From contig JAHIFE010000178.1 in the NCBI GenBank assembly GCA_018901125.1, forward strand, positions 4,989 to 68,988: 64,000 bases of DNA, read 5' to 3'. The position numbers and the translations under genes are program-made. The notes beneath the pieces are model-generated. The model saw only the letters and a list, made by a program, of their open reading frames with translations. It was not told where the DNA came from and did no database searches. Source of the DNA: Pseudomonadota bacterium. GTDB lineage: Bacteria; Desulfobacterota; Desulfobacteria; Desulfobacterales; RPRI01. This document shows positions 20,280 through 30,961 of this stretch, piece after piece. How positions within the stretch are numbered: position 1 is the first letter of the stretch; every line of letters begins with the position of its first letter.

Positions 20280-21527
20280 ATGAATATAATTGAACTGAAG
20301 AATAAAAAGATTAAGGAGCTGACTCAGCTTGCTAAAAGCCTGAATATTGAAGGTGCAGCCGGCATGCGAAAACAAGAGCTCATTTTTGCTTTGATCCAGA
20401 GCCAAATAGAAAAAAATGGTTTGATCTATGGGGAAGGCACACTTGAGATTCTTCCTGACGGTTTTGGCTTTTTAAGAGCTCCAAGCTATAACTATTTGCC
20501 TGGTCCCGATGATATCTATGTTTCCCCATCACAGATAAGGCGCTTTAACTTAAGAACCGGTGATATTGTATCAGGCCAGATCAGGCAGCCCAAAGAATCT
20601 GAGCGTTATTTCGCCTTGCTGAAAGTAGAAGCTGTAAACCACGAAGATCCTGAAATTTCAAGAGATAAAATACTTTTTGATAATCTGACGCCTCTTTATC
20701 CAAACAGGAAAATAAACATAGAAAATAGTCCTGAAAATTATTCCATGCGGATAATGGATTTAATGATTCCAATAGGATTTGGCCAGAGAGGTCTGATTGT
20801 TTCACCCCCCAGGGCCGGTAAGACAATGTTGTTACAAAATATTGCAAACAGTGTTATAGAAAGCCATAAAGAAGTTGTGCCATTTGTGCTTCTTATCGAC
20901 GAGCGACCGGAAGAGGTTACCGATATGGAGCGTAATGTTAAGGCGGAAGTCATAAGTTCAACTTTTGATGAACCAGCCGAAAGGCACGTACAGGTTGCTG
21001 AAATGGTAATTGAAAAAGCTAAAAGACTGGTTGAGCATAAAAAAGATGTTATTATTCTTTTAGATAGCATTACAAGACTTGCCAGGGCTTATAATTCCGT
21101 TATGCCTCCCAGCGGAAAGATCCTGTCCGGCGGTGTTGATTCAAATGCTCTTCAGCGCCCTAAACGTTTTTTTGGCGCAGCTAGAAATATTGAGGAAGGG
21201 GGAAGCCTTACCATTATTGCAACCGCTCTTGTTGATACCGGAAGCCGTATGGACGAAGTTATTTTTGAGGAATTCAAGGGAACCGGCAATATGGAGATAC
21301 AGCTCGACAGAAAGCTTGCCGATAAACGTGTATTTCCTGCTATTGACATAAAAAAATCGGGTACAAGAAAAGAAGAACTTCTTCTGTCCGAAGAAACTTT
21401 AAACAGAGTATGGATTTTGAGGAAATTTCTTTCTTCATTAAATCCAACAGACAGTCTCGAATTTCTTCTTGAAAAAATGCGCGGAACAAAGAATAATGAA
21501 CAATTTCTTAATTCCATGAATGCATAA
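20280..21527 (+). CDS. rho: Transcription termination factor Rho
   Basis: [50 protein letters not shown]; 415 aa from ATG 20280. Confidence 0.99.
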   Translation: MNIIELKNKKIKELTQLAKSLNIEGAAGMRKQELIFALIQSQIEKNGLIYGEGTLEILPDGFGFLRAPSYNYLPGPDDIYVSPSQIRRFNLRTGDIVSGQIRQPKESERYFALLKVEAVNHEDPEISRDKILFDNLTPLYPNRKINIENSPENYSMRIMDLMIPIGFGQRGLIVSPPRAGKTMLLQNIANSVIESHKEVVPFVLLIDERPEEVTDMERNVKAEVISSTFDEPAERHVQVAEMVIEKAKRLVEHKKDVIILLDSITRLARAYNSVMPPSGKILSGGVDSNALQRPKRFFGAARNIEEGGSLTIIATALVDTGSRMDEVIFEEFKGTGNMEIQLDRKLADKRVFPAIDIKKSGTRKEELLLSEETLNRVWILRKFLSSLNPTDSLEFLLEKMRGTKNNEQFLNSMNA

Positions 21528-21554
21528 TATATAAATTATAGGGAGTATAAAACA

Positions 21555-21761
21555 ATGAAAAAAGATATTCATCCGAAATATGCAACCGCAACAATAAGTT
21601 GTGCCTGCGGCAATTCTATTGAGGTAGGTTCGACAAAATCAGATATCAAAATTGATATCTGCTCAAAATGTCACCCCTTTTTTACAGGAAAACAAAAGCT
21701 TGTAGATACTGCCGGACGTATTGAACGTTTTCGCAAGAAATACGAAAAATATCAGAAGTAG
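21555..21761 (+). CDS. rpmE: 50S ribosomal protein L31 (zinc-ribbon, C+ form)
   Basis: MKKDIHPKY...CACG...[23 protein letters not shown]. Confidence 0.99.
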   Translation: MKKDIHPKYATATISCACGNSIEVGSTKSDIKIDICSKCHPFFTGKQKLVDTAGRIERFRKKYEKYQK

Positions 21762-21833
21762 ACTAATCAGATATAAACAATTTAGAGCTTATTTTTGCGG
21801 GAAAACAACAGACCTTTGTTCGCAAAATCATGA

Positions 21834-21868
21834 AAAAACGCCTCAAGATATATTCAGGAGGCGTTTTT
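21834..21868 (+). terminator. Hairpin / possible intrinsic terminator between rpmE and prfA
   Basis: AAAAACGCCTC-N13-GAGGCGTTTTT inverted repeat ending in a T-run. Confidence 0.55.
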
Positions 21869-21895
21869 ATGCTTATTATATAGCTTGAAGGAATT

Positions 21896-22975
21896 ATGTT
21901 TCAAAAACTTAAAGGCGCAGAAGAGCGTTTTCTGGAGCTTGAAATGCTCTTAAGCGATCCCGATATAATTAAAGACAGGGAAGCATACCAGAAGCATGTT
22001 CGCGAGCACTCTGTTTTATCTAAAATTGTATCTATTTATCGATCGTACAAAAAAAATAATGAGCAGATCGAAGAAAGCATAAGTCTTTTAAAAAATGAAG
22101 ATCCTGAAATAAAAGAGCTTGCCCGTGATGAAATAGAATCTTTAGATATTAAAAAGAAAGATCTTGAAAAAGAATTAAAGTTGCTTCTGATTCCCAAAGA
22201 TGAAAAAGACGAAAAAAATGTTATTCTCGAAATAAGAGCCGGAACAGGCGGGGAAGAAGCAGCGTTATTTGTAACCGATCTTTTCAGGATGTACAGCAGA
22301 TTTGCAGAAAATAGAAATTGGAAAGTCGAAGTTTTAACCCATAATCCCACAGGAGTCGGCGGTCTAAAAGAAATCGTTGCCTTAATTCAGGGCAAAGGTG
22401 CTTACAGTTGCTTGAAATATGAAAGTGGAACCCATCGTGTGCAACGTGTTCCGGTAACGGAGGCACAAGGAAGAATACATACCTCGGCAGTAACCGTTGC
22501 TGTTTTACCTGAAGCCGAAGAAGTGGAAATCGATATAGATCCAGGCGATATTAAAGTTGATGTTTACCGTTCAACCGGACCCGGCGGACAAAGCGTAAAC
22601 ACCACCGATTCAGCTGTGCGAATTACGCATCTTTCCACAGGACTTGTTGTTACCTGCCAGGATGAAAAATCTCAATTCAAAAATAAAAGCAAAGCCATGA
22701 AAGTATTACGGGCCCGCCTTCTTGATAAAATGACAATGGAACAGAATGAAAAAAGATCCGCAGAACGAAAACACCAGATAGGAAGTGGTGACAGAAGCGA
22801 AAGGATCAGAACTTATAATTTTCCTCAGTCCAGAGTTACCGACCACCGGATAGGGCTTACGCTATACAAGCTTGAATATATTCTTGAAGGTAATATCGAC
22901 GAAATAATCAGCGAATTGACATCCCACTATCAGTCTCAGGCCTTACAGCATGCAGAATCGGCAAAATCCAATTGA
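21896..22975 (+). CDS. prfA: Peptide chain release factor 1
   Basis: [22 protein letters not shown] (PxT), GPGGQSVN (GGQ), [16 protein letters not shown]. Confidence 0.99.
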   Translation: MFQKLKGAEERFLELEMLLSDPDIIKDREAYQKHVREHSVLSKIVSIYRSYKKNNEQIEESISLLKNEDPEIKELARDEIESLDIKKKDLEKELKLLLIPKDEKDEKNVILEIRAGTGGEEAALFVTDLFRMYSRFAENRNWKVEVLTHNPTGVGGLKEIVALIQGKGAYSCLKYESGTHRVQRVPVTEAQGRIHTSAVTVAVLPEAEEVEIDIDPGDIKVDVYRSTGPGGQSVNTTDSAVRITHLSTGLVVTCQDEKSQFKNKSKAMKVLRARLLDKMTMEQNEKRSAERKHQIGSGDRSERIRTYNFPQSRVTDHRIGLTLYKLEYILEGNIDEIISELTSHYQSQALQHAESAKSN

Positions 22976-23852
22976 CCCTGAATGGACCATAATCAAAATC
23001 CTTCAATGGACAACATCTTATTTTAAAACTAACGAAATAGACAGTCCCAGATCAACAGCTGAAATTATACTCGCACACGCCCTCGGATTAAAAAGAATTG
23101 ATCTTTACTTAAGGCATGACCAGCCCCTTAATATCAAAGAGCGCAATCATTTTAAATCTTTGATAAAAAGAAGGATAAACAATGAGCCTGTTGCATATAT
23201 TGTCGGGAACAAGGAGTTCTGGAGTATTGAGCTTACAGTATCAAAAGACGTTCTTATACCAAGGCCTGAAACCGAATGCCTTGTTGAAGAGGCTTTTTTA
23301 GCTTTTGCCAGAGATAAAGATTCCGCTTCAAAAAAAATTCTGGACTTAGGCACTGGCTCAGGAGCTATTGTATTTGCGCTTGCAACACATGCTTCGGATA
23401 ACCATTATTTTGCATCAGATATTTCATCAAAAGCGCTTGCTGTTGCTTTGAAAAATGCAAAACACCTGGGTCTTGATAAAAAAATCAATTTTGTTTGTGG
23501 CAGCTGGTTTTTGCCTATAAAAGAAAAGAATAATTTATTCGACATTATTATATCCAATCCCCCTTATATAAGAAGATGTGATATAAAAACCTTGCAGCCT
23601 GAAATAAACAGATTCGAACCAATAACTGCGCTTGATGGCGGAGAAGATGGTCTTGGCTGCATAAAACACATAGTAAAATATGCGCATAAATTCCTTAACA
23701 ACTCCGGAGAGCTGTTGCTTGAAATAGGCTACGATCAGAAAAAAGCCGTTGATGAAATCATCAAAGAAACAGGAAAATACGAGCTAGCTTATTTCAGGAA
23801 AGATTACAGCGGGTTTGACAGGGTTGTTTGCGCAAAAAAAGCATATGATTAA
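22950..23852 (+). CDS. prmC: Release factor glutamine methyltransferase
   Basis: [35 protein letters not shown]. Confidence 0.98.
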   Translation: MQNRQNPIDPEWTIIKILQWTTSYFKTNEIDSPRSTAEIILAHALGLKRIDLYLRHDQPLNIKERNHFKSLIKRRINNEPVAYIVGNKEFWSIELTVSKDVLIPRPETECLVEEAFLAFARDKDSASKKILDLGTGSGAIVFALATHASDNHYFASDISSKALAVALKNAKHLGLDKKINFVCGSWFLPIKEKNNLFDIIISNPPYIRRCDIKTLQPEINRFEPITALDGGEDGLGCIKHIVKYAHKFLNNSGELLLEIGYDQKKAVDEIIKETGKYELAYFRKDYSGFDRVVCAKKAYD

Positions 23853-25215
23853 AATAAATCCGGTGATTCCCGAAACAAAAGGCTCTTATCTTGTCGGCGG
23901 ATCTATAAGGGATCTGCTTATAGAGCGGGCTCCTTCCGATTATGATATAGTAGTACTTCGTTTTCCTGAAAAATATGCCTCCGACCTTGCATCGCGCATA
24001 AGAGGGCATGTCGTAAAAATAGGGAAACAAAATCAGATGGTATTCCGGGTTGTTTCGGGGGAAAATATCTTTGATATTTCTGTAATTTCGGGCAAAACCA
24101 TTGAAGACGACCTTTCAAAAAGAGATTTTACTCTAAATGCAATTTGCTACGATCTTTACTCCAAAACATTTATAGATCCATTCGGCGGCATAAAAGATAT
24201 ATTATCAAAAAGAATCAGGATGGTTTCAAAAGAAGTATTCAAAAATGACCCTGTCCGCCTGATAAGAGCTTACAGAATAGGGGCAATGCTTGATTTTGAG
24301 ATAGAACATGAAACCGAAAAGTCTATTTCAAATGATGTCAAGCTTATTGCAAAATCAGCTGTTGAAAGAGTAAAAGCCGAACTTTTCAAAATTTTTTCAA
24401 CTTCTAAATCATATAAGTATATCAATAAAATGTCTGAAGCTGGGCTTCTTTTTGAAATTTTTCCTGAGTTATCGGCACTATCCGGATGCCTACAAAACAG
24501 GTATCATGTGCATGATGTACTTAATCATACCATGATAGCTTATAACCAGCTTGAAATGCTGCTAAACGGTTGTCATGCCAATTCTGAAATATCGGGTTTT
24601 GCAAAACAGGGAATGGATAGTACAAGATCTGCACTGTTAAAATGCTCGATACTCCTGCATGATACAGGCAAACCATCTTCGGTTACAGTTGATAATGGTA
24701 ATGTTCACTTCTTCGGACATGAAAAATTAAGCGCCGATATTTCACGCCGGATAGCAACAAGACTTAAATTTTCTAATCATGAAACAAATTATATAGATTT
24801 TATTATAAGAAACCATATGAAAGCGCTTCATCTTTATGAATCTTTTAAGAAAAAGCCTTTGACTGATAAAAGTATCGCCCGGTTTTTTATTAAGTGTTCA
24901 GATAATGTTCCCGATTTGCTGTTTCATGCAATTGCAGATATGGAAGGCAAGAGAAAAATCGATAATATCGGAAACAGTGATTTTATAAATTTTATATCTT
25001 TTTTAATAAAAAAGCATAACCTGATTTATAAAGTCAAAAAAAAAGAGCCACCGCTTCTTACAGGCTTTGATTTGATTGCAGAGTTTGGCCTTTCACCATC
25101 GCCATTATTTAAAAAGATTTTATACCTTGTTGAAGAATCAAGACTTTCTGATAATATAAATAGCCGTAGCGAAGCACTTTTGCTGGTAAAAGAACTCTTA
25201 AAAAACAAAGCATGA
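23845..25215 (+). CDS. CCA tRNA nucleotidyltransferase / poly(A) polymerase family protein with HD domain
   Basis: YLVGGSIRDLL, DYDI, EDDLSKRDFTLNA, DPFGGIKD, DPVRLIRAYR, LLHDTGK. Start placed at ATG 23845; the stop TGA is part of the MITE target duplication. Confidence 0.9.
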   Translation: MIKINPVIPETKGSYLVGGSIRDLLIERAPSDYDIVVLRFPEKYASDLASRIRGHVVKIGKQNQMVFRVVSGENIFDISVISGKTIEDDLSKRDFTLNAICYDLYSKTFIDPFGGIKDILSKRIRMVSKEVFKNDPVRLIRAYRIGAMLDFEIEHETEKSISNDVKLIAKSAVERVKAELFKIFSTSKSYKYINKMSEAGLLFEIFPELSALSGCLQNRYHVHDVLNHTMIAYNQLEMLLNGCHANSEISGFAKQGMDSTRSALLKCSILLHDTGKPSSVTVDNGNVHFFGHEKLSADISRRIATRLKFSNHETNYIDFIIRNHMKALHLYESFKKKPLTDKSIARFFIKCSDNVPDLLFHAIADMEGKRKIDNIGNSDFINFISFLIKKHNLIYKVKKKEPPLLTGFDLIAEFGLSPSPLFKKILYLVEESRLSDNINSRSEALLLVKELLKNKA

Positions 25216-25357
25216 GAGCCACTTTCAAAACGTCCCATTTTGGCCGATCTCTGCGTTGGGCGAAAATTTTAATCCTCGAAATACCCCATGTATTCCTGCG
25301 GTTAAAATTTTCACCCGCCTTGACCTTGACCAAACTGAAACGTTTTGAAAGTGGCTC
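25216..25357 (-). mobile_element. 142-bp MITE-like element, copy 2 (inverted relative to copy 1)
   Basis: Perfect 18-bp TIR GAGCCACTTTCAAAACGT / ACGTTTTGAAAGTGGCTC; ATGA direct repeats at 25212-25215 and 25358-25361. Confidence 0.87.
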
Positions 25358-25659
25358 ATGATTTTAATTTCTCCCAGGTATTTCACTTAATAAAATCAAA
25401 AAAGGATGAATCTGCAAAAGCACATTATTGAATTTTTTTAATAAATATATTGTCATTGATTACATATTGTTATAAAGATGAAATTCATATTTCTTAATTT
25501 CTTTAAAAGACCTTCAAAAATAGATTAAAAATTTACTCATAAATCTTGTCCGTTTTGACGATATAGTATATTAATACACAATAATTTATACCGTTTTAGA
25601 ACTGTTTTTGGTATATAATATACTGCTGGTGAAAAGCCTTTTATCAAGGAGAAGTTACC

Positions 25660-26031
25660 ATGAATGTAATCATAGCTGATGACTCAAAGGTTGTTCGTTC
25701 TATAGTTGAAAAGGCCATCAAACCACTTGGCTATAGCTCTTTTCAAGCAATTCACGGAGGAGAGGCCATTGAGATTTTGGAAAAAATGGGGAGCAAGGTA
25801 GATTTGATTCTTATGGACTGGAACATGCCTATTATGGATGGTTATAATGCACTGGTTAAGATTAAGGAAGATTCAAGATTCTCTTCAATCCCAATAATAA
25901 TGTTAACCTCGGAATCAGATGACAATAAAGTTAAAATGGCCCGTGACGCCGGGGCAGCCGGCTATGTCAAGAAACCATTTACATCAGATGAGTTGCTTGA
26001 TAATATTCAGCGAGTTATAACCGGATCGTAA
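25660..26031 (+). CDS. Single-domain CheY-like response regulator
   Basis: IADDS, LMDWNMP, LTS, KPF receiver motifs all intact. Confidence 0.92.
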   Translation: MNVIIADDSKVVRSIVEKAIKPLGYSSFQAIHGGEAIEILEKMGSKVDLILMDWNMPIMDGYNALVKIKEDSRFSSIPIIMLTSESDDNKVKMARDAGAAGYVKKPFTSDELLDNIQRVITGS

Positions 26032-26069
26032 TCATTTCTAAAAATGTACACATAATAGGGGGTAATAAT

Positions 26070-26906
26070 ATGGCAAAGGTATTGTTAAATGATTGCAGCC
26101 CCGATGCTTCCCAGAAACTAACCAATGTTTTAAAGGACAGTGCGGAGGTTATTGTTGAGCCGTTCAGTGAGCAAAGAGAGATAACCGATTTCAATCTTGT
26201 CATATTGTATTCGAACAATGGGGATGACCAAAACATTTTACGTAAAATCAAAAATTTGCACTTCAGGACAAAATTTAGAAATATCCCGATTCTTTTGGTC
26301 AAAGATAAATCTGAATATTTTTCTGACCAGCCCTACTTCAATTTCGGAGTTTCCGAGTTTATGGCTCTGGATGAACCGGAACCAATTTTTAATCAAATAC
26401 TTCAGGGTTATCTAAATCCAGGCAGGCAGCCTCTTGACCGGGAATTGATATACCTCAGCCCATTTATTGAAAGCACAAAACAAGTATTAAGCAAGATGGC
26501 GTCTATGGAGGCGGAATTCAGGGGGGTGTATTTTAAAAACAGTTTAAGAGTTCTTGGTGATGTTTCAGGTGTAATCGGCCTTTCCGGTACAACTGAGGGA
26601 ACCGTTATCATTACCTTTCTCTGGAACCTTGCACAACGCGTAATTGCAAATATCATGGATGTTAAACAAAACGAAATCAACGCAGAAATGATACATGACG
26701 GTGTTGGTGAAATAATTAACATGATAAGTGGTTCCGCCAAGAAATCGCTATTAGAAGCATCGTATGATTTTCAGCTTTCAATACCTACTATAATTGTTGG
26801 GTGGGGCCATGAAGTGGGACATCCGGAAAATGCTACTATTGCGGTACTGACGTTTGATGTTGGAGACCAGGCATTTGTATTGCATGTTTCACTGACACAA
26901 AAATAG
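26070..26906 (+). CDS. cheX: CheX-family phosphatase with a degenerate receiver-like N-terminal domain
   Basis: PFIESTKQVL...GDVSGVIGLSG...GEIINMISG (ExxN) and LSIPTII in the C-terminal half. Confidence 0.8.
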   Translation: MAKVLLNDCSPDASQKLTNVLKDSAEVIVEPFSEQREITDFNLVILYSNNGDDQNILRKIKNLHFRTKFRNIPILLVKDKSEYFSDQPYFNFGVSEFMALDEPEPIFNQILQGYLNPGRQPLDRELIYLSPFIESTKQVLSKMASMEAEFRGVYFKNSLRVLGDVSGVIGLSGTTEGTVIITFLWNLAQRVIANIMDVKQNEINAEMIHDGVGEIINMISGSAKKSLLEASYDFQLSIPTIIVGWGHEVGHPENATIAVLTFDVGDQAFVLHVSLTQK

Positions 26907-26979
26907 TTAAATACCGGTTGGCGCAAAGTCTTCCGGAAACCTGATCTTTCTCCAAATGGTCTGAAAGCACCATTAGCAT

Positions 26980-29097
26980 ATGGAAAACACAAAAACTGAC
27001 ATTTTGCTTATCAGCATATCCAAGGAACTTGTCGATTTTGTGGCCGGCGTTCTGGAAAATGAAGGATATTGTGTTCACAAAGCTTCATCTATGAGAGACG
27101 CTTTAACGGCCATAGACTTGAGCCCGGTTGGTTTAATTTTGTGTGGTATTGAACTGGAAGATATTTCAGGAGAGCAGTTTCTATCCTATTTAAAAAAAGA
27201 CCCGAAAAGAGAATCGATTCCGTTTATTTTTCTTCTTTCGACAGAAAGCCAAAAGGAACTTAGTCCTAAGCGTGCAATTGAGATAGGTGCCGAAAATTTC
27301 ATCTTCTTTCCTACAGAAGGGCCGGTTGTGGTTTCATGTATAAAAGACTTTTTGAAACCACCTCTGAAGGCGCAACCTGCCGATTCTTCCTCAATTAACA
27401 AAGACAGTAAAGACTCGCAAGCCAATATAACCAGATCAGGTTTAACCGAATCAGGACAAGTACAGAATAATGAGAGACGAACGGAAAAGAGGGAGCGTTT
27501 CGATGTTCCGATTCCGGTAGAAATATCTCGTGACTGTAAAACCTGGATTAACGGCTTTATATTAAATCGCAGCAAGTCCAGCGCAATGATTGAAACATCT
27601 CTTCGAAGAAGATATGGCGAAGATATCTTTATAAGAGAGCCTAAAGATGAAACCGGAACAACAGTAGCAGGTTCGGTAGTTCATGTTCTGCTTGGAGATG
27701 AAAGCAAACAGATTGGATTCGGCGTTGTTTTCCGTAAAAATAACGGTGTCCCTTGGCAAAGTTTTTCAGAACACATGATGGACAAAACCAGAAGGCAGGC
27801 AATACTACCTATAAGGCGTGATTTCTTTCCCATAGCAGCGGAAGTTTCCCGGGACGGTGTTTTTTGGATTGATGCTCAAATTACTGGTTGCGATGTAATG
27901 AGCGCCAGCCTTAAAACATCGATATTGGCTAAGCCGAAAGACATAATGATTGTAAAGTTTGAGCGTCACGGCATTAAAAATATCGTTAATGGTAAAATAA
28001 AAAAGGTTGAGCTTGACCAAAAAGAATTGCTAGCCATAATAGAGCTTGATTTTGCGGAAGATGAAGGGTGGCTCAAGTTATACACTCATTTTGCTGTTAT
28101 AGCTGGACCCGAATTATCTGACAAGGAAAAGAAAGATAAAATTCAACAAAAACCTCAATACAAGGTAATTAAAGCAGAATCAGCTGAAGACTTAAATATA
28201 AAAAAGAATGATGCTGTTGCTTTGATTCAAAAAAGCGCTCCCAGGAAACCGGAATCCAAGAATAAACGCTTCTACTTAAGCTTAATTGGAAGAAAAATGG
28301 ATAATTACGAAGTGGTTTCATTTATAAGCGCCGGAGGTATGGGTGGAGTATTCAAAGGATGGGATACAGCTCTTGAAAGAGATGTTGCCTTAAAAGTCAT
28401 ATCATGGGAGCTTTCATCTCAGGAAGAATTTGTAAAGATGTTTTTAAAAGAGGCCAGATTCGTTTCCAAGTTGAACCACCCCAATATTGCACAGATTTAT
28501 TATATCGGCAATGCTAACGGGATTATGTATTATGCAATGGAATTTATCCATGGGCAGACATTAGCCGATTTGCTCAAAAGCAATACCCATTTTAAAGTGC
28601 CGCAGATTATAAATTATTTAAAAACCTTGTGCAGCGCTTTGGAGTTTGTCTGGAAAAACGATATTATCCATAGAGATATCAAACCTGCAAATATTATGGT
28701 GACAAACTCTGATGAGTTAAAGCTGGTAGATTTTGGCGTAGCAAAACTTGATAAAAAGAGTGACGTGCAGGAGGAAAACAAAATTGTTGGTTCCCCTTTA
28801 TATCTCAGTCCCGAAGCCATTCGTAATCAGGGGGTAGATAATCGCAGTGACATTTATTCATTAGGAGCAACTTTTTATCATCTGCTTGCAGGAACTCCGC
28901 CTTTTTATGATGATTCGTGCAGCAATATTCTTATCAAACAACTTAACGAACCGGTCCCTTCGTTAAAGAAAAAAGCTCCTGAACTCCCGGATATTTTGTG
29001 TGATACCATAGAAAAAATGATGGCCAAAAGGTGTGAAGAACGTTTCCAGAATTATCAGGAAATTATCGACTGCCTTAATAATTGTTCCTTCAGCTAA
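26980..29097 (+). CDS. Ser/Thr protein kinase with an N-terminal pseudo-receiver and two PilZ-like domains
   Basis: Kinase motifs SAGGMGGVFKG, VALK, IHRDIKPAN, VDFG, GSPLYLSPE, SDIYSLG; ERRTEKRER and NRSKSS (PilZ RxxxR / NxS); receiver-like N-terminus. Confidence 0.85.
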   Translation: MENTKTDILLISISKELVDFVAGVLENEGYCVHKASSMRDALTAIDLSPVGLILCGIELEDISGEQFLSYLKKDPKRESIPFIFLLSTESQKELSPKRAIEIGAENFIFFPTEGPVVVSCIKDFLKPPLKAQPADSSSINKDSKDSQANITRSGLTESGQVQNNERRTEKRERFDVPIPVEISRDCKTWINGFILNRSKSSAMIETSLRRRYGEDIFIREPKDETGTTVAGSVVHVLLGDESKQIGFGVVFRKNNGVPWQSFSEHMMDKTRRQAILPIRRDFFPIAAEVSRDGVFWIDAQITGCDVMSASLKTSILAKPKDIMIVKFERHGIKNIVNGKIKKVELDQKELLAIIELDFAEDEGWLKLYTHFAVIAGPELSDKEKKDKIQQKPQYKVIKAESAEDLNIKKNDAVALIQKSAPRKPESKNKRFYLSLIGRKMDNYEVVSFISAGGMGGVFKGWDTALERDVALKVISWELSSQEEFVKMFLKEARFVSKLNHPNIAQIYYIGNANGIMYYAMEFIHGQTLADLLKSNTHFKVPQIINYLKTLCSALEFVWKNDIIHRDIKPANIMVTNSDELKLVDFGVAKLDKKSDVQEENKIVGSPLYLSPEAIRNQGVDNRSDIYSLGATFYHLLAGTPPFYDDSCSNILIKQLNEPVPSLKKKAPELPDILCDTIEKMMAKRCEERFQNYQEIIDCLNNCSFS

Positions 29098-29179
29098 AGA
29101 TAGTGCCTGTAAGATAAGTATGTTGTCCGGGCTCAATTTAGCGGGGTTTTGAATCGGATGTTATGCAAAGTTTTTTCTT

Positions 29180-30454
29180 TTACTGCAGAAAATGGCCATA
29201 ATGCAGCTGATGATTAATTATTTGCTTCTTAATTTTTTCAATATTTCTCTTTTCCAGTATCAAATAACGGTAAAGACCCGCACGTTCAATGTCTCCTATA
29301 AAAACAGCTCCCACAAGCCGCTTGCCGTCTGAGGAAAATACAAGTTTTCGGAATGCTTTTTGGGTTTCGGCAATATGGGTCTCATAGCCTGCACCTTTTG
29401 TGTGAACTATTCCCATTGAAACAAAAGAAATATCCGCCACCTGGGTTGCGTTCAGAATGCCGGCAACGCCACAGTACCGGGTTTGTTTTCCAGCCATGTT
29501 AAATCCGGCACAACGCCCCATTTCAACGGCATTTGTCCAGAGTCCGCTTATATTTTTTTTGCCGGTAAGCGAATCAATAGTTAAGGCCACATCCCCTGCC
29601 GCATAAACATCTTTGATATTAGCAGCAGTATATTCATCCGTTACAATTCCACGATCAATACTAACATTACTTTTATCGAGAAAACCCACATTAGGCGAAA
29701 CACCTTTGCCGATTAAAAGCATTTCACCTTCTACTTTCTTTTCGTTTGAAAGTACCACTCCTTTTACTCCATCTTTATCCGTCAGGATCTTTTTAATATC
29801 ACAGCCGGTTATAATCTCAAGCCCGGCTCTGTCTAAAGCTTTATGTATAAGTTTTGCATCATCAGGCTCCATTAATTGCGAAAGCACCTGGCCGGAATAA
29901 ACAACAAGACTTACCTTAAGCCCGCGTTCAAGCAAGGCAAAGGCGGTTTTCAGATTCAGCAGTCCTCCGCCCAGCATAATTGCTCTGCGGGTTTTTGATG
30001 AGCGGGCAGCTATTTTTTTTGCATCGCCAAGAGTTCTTAAGGAATAAACGCCTTCCGCACTCATTTTTTTTATTTCGGCAGGAATGAAAGGATTACTTCC
30101 GCTTGCTATAAGCAGTCTGTCATATGAAATGCTGTCTGAATTGCCGACCGTTACCGTTTTATTATCCGTATCAACAGATGTTACTCTTGTGCCGGTGCGG
30201 ATTTGGATTTTTGGTTCTTTAAATGGACCGTTTCCTATAAGCGACATTTCCGGTTCCGACTTTTTGCCGCTTATCAGAAAGGGGATCATAGGCCGAAAAT
30301 ACGGCATTTCCTGCTCCATTGATAAAACCGTGATATCTCCACAGCTATCAGACTCGCGGATAGCTGTGGCAGCAGACATGCAGGCAGCGCTTGCACCGAT
30401 AATCACATAACGGGTTTGTTCTACAGTCACGTCATCCTCCATGACCTGCTGCAA
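29180..30454 (-). CDS. FAD/NAD(P)-dependent oxidoreductase (FNOR-like partner of CooF)
   Basis: VIIGASAA FAD-binding start, LLIASGS, LGGGLL NAD site, VYAAGD; overlaps the cooF stop. True start may be 30442. Confidence 0.88.
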   Translation of the reverse strand: MQQVMEDDVTVEQTRYVIIGASAACMSAATAIRESDSCGDITVLSMEQEMPYFRPMIPFLISGKKSEPEMSLIGNGPFKEPKIQIRTGTRVTSVDTDNKTVTVGNSDSISYDRLLIASGSNPFIPAEIKKMSAEGVYSLRTLGDAKKIAARSSKTRRAIMLGGGLLNLKTAFALLERGLKVSLVVYSGQVLSQLMEPDDAKLIHKALDRAGLEIITGCDIKKILTDKDGVKGVVLSNEKKVEGEMLLIGKGVSPNVGFLDKSNVSIDRGIVTDEYTAANIKDVYAAGDVALTIDSLTGKKNISGLWTNAVEMGRCAGFNMAGKQTRYCGVAGILNATQVADISFVSMGIVHTKGAGYETHIAETQKAFRKLVFSSDGKRLVGAVFIGDIERAGLYRYLILEKRNIEKIKKQIINHQLHYGHFLQ

Positions 30455-30938
30455 GTTCTTTCGACGCAGCTTTTCGGGTATTTGATGAAAAATTTTCTAC
30501 TGTTTCATAAATCAGTGCGTGTGTCGGACATGCTGACACACAGGCAGGAACATCTCTGTCCGGGCAACGGTCGCAGCGGTATGCTTTGCGTTCTTCCATA
30601 TGACGTCCGATCACGCCATATGGACAAACCATAACACAAGTCCAGCATCCTATGCATTTGTCTTTATCGGTCAGAACCACTCCCTCTTCCGTCCGGCTTA
30701 TAGCGCCACTTATGCAGGCATGCATGCAGGGCGCATCTTCACAGTGGCGGCACAATACAGGCATCCGGCTGTCTTGTGACATCCACTCAACATATATGCG
30801 TTTTTTAGGTTCAGGATGTTCCGATATCGCATTGTATAATAATTTGCTTTTGGAATGTTCAAGTGCACAGGCAAGTTCGCAACTATGGCATCCCATACAT
30901 TTATCTATTTTTACAAATATTTCTTTTGGTGTAGTCAT
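30432..30938 (-). CDS. cooF: CooF-like 4x[4Fe-4S] ferredoxin subunit
   Basis: CMGCHSCELAC, CRHCEDAPCMHAC, CIGCWTCVMVC, CDRC..ACVSAC; directly downstream of cooS. Confidence 0.9.
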   Translation of the reverse strand: MTTPKEIFVKIDKCMGCHSCELACALEHSKSKLLYNAISEHPEPKKRIYVEWMSQDSRMPVLCRHCEDAPCMHACISGAISRTEEGVVLTDKDKCIGCWTCVMVCPYGVIGRHMEERKAYRCDRCPDRDVPACVSACPTHALIYETVENFSSNTRKAASKELAAGHGG

Positions 30939-30961
30939 GTTAAACTCCCGTCAGTAAATTA

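Noticed and set aside
25109-25333. 74-aa ORF MVKVKAGENFNRRNTWG...
   Set aside because: It is a translation of the MITE running antisense into the cca gene; not a credible protein.
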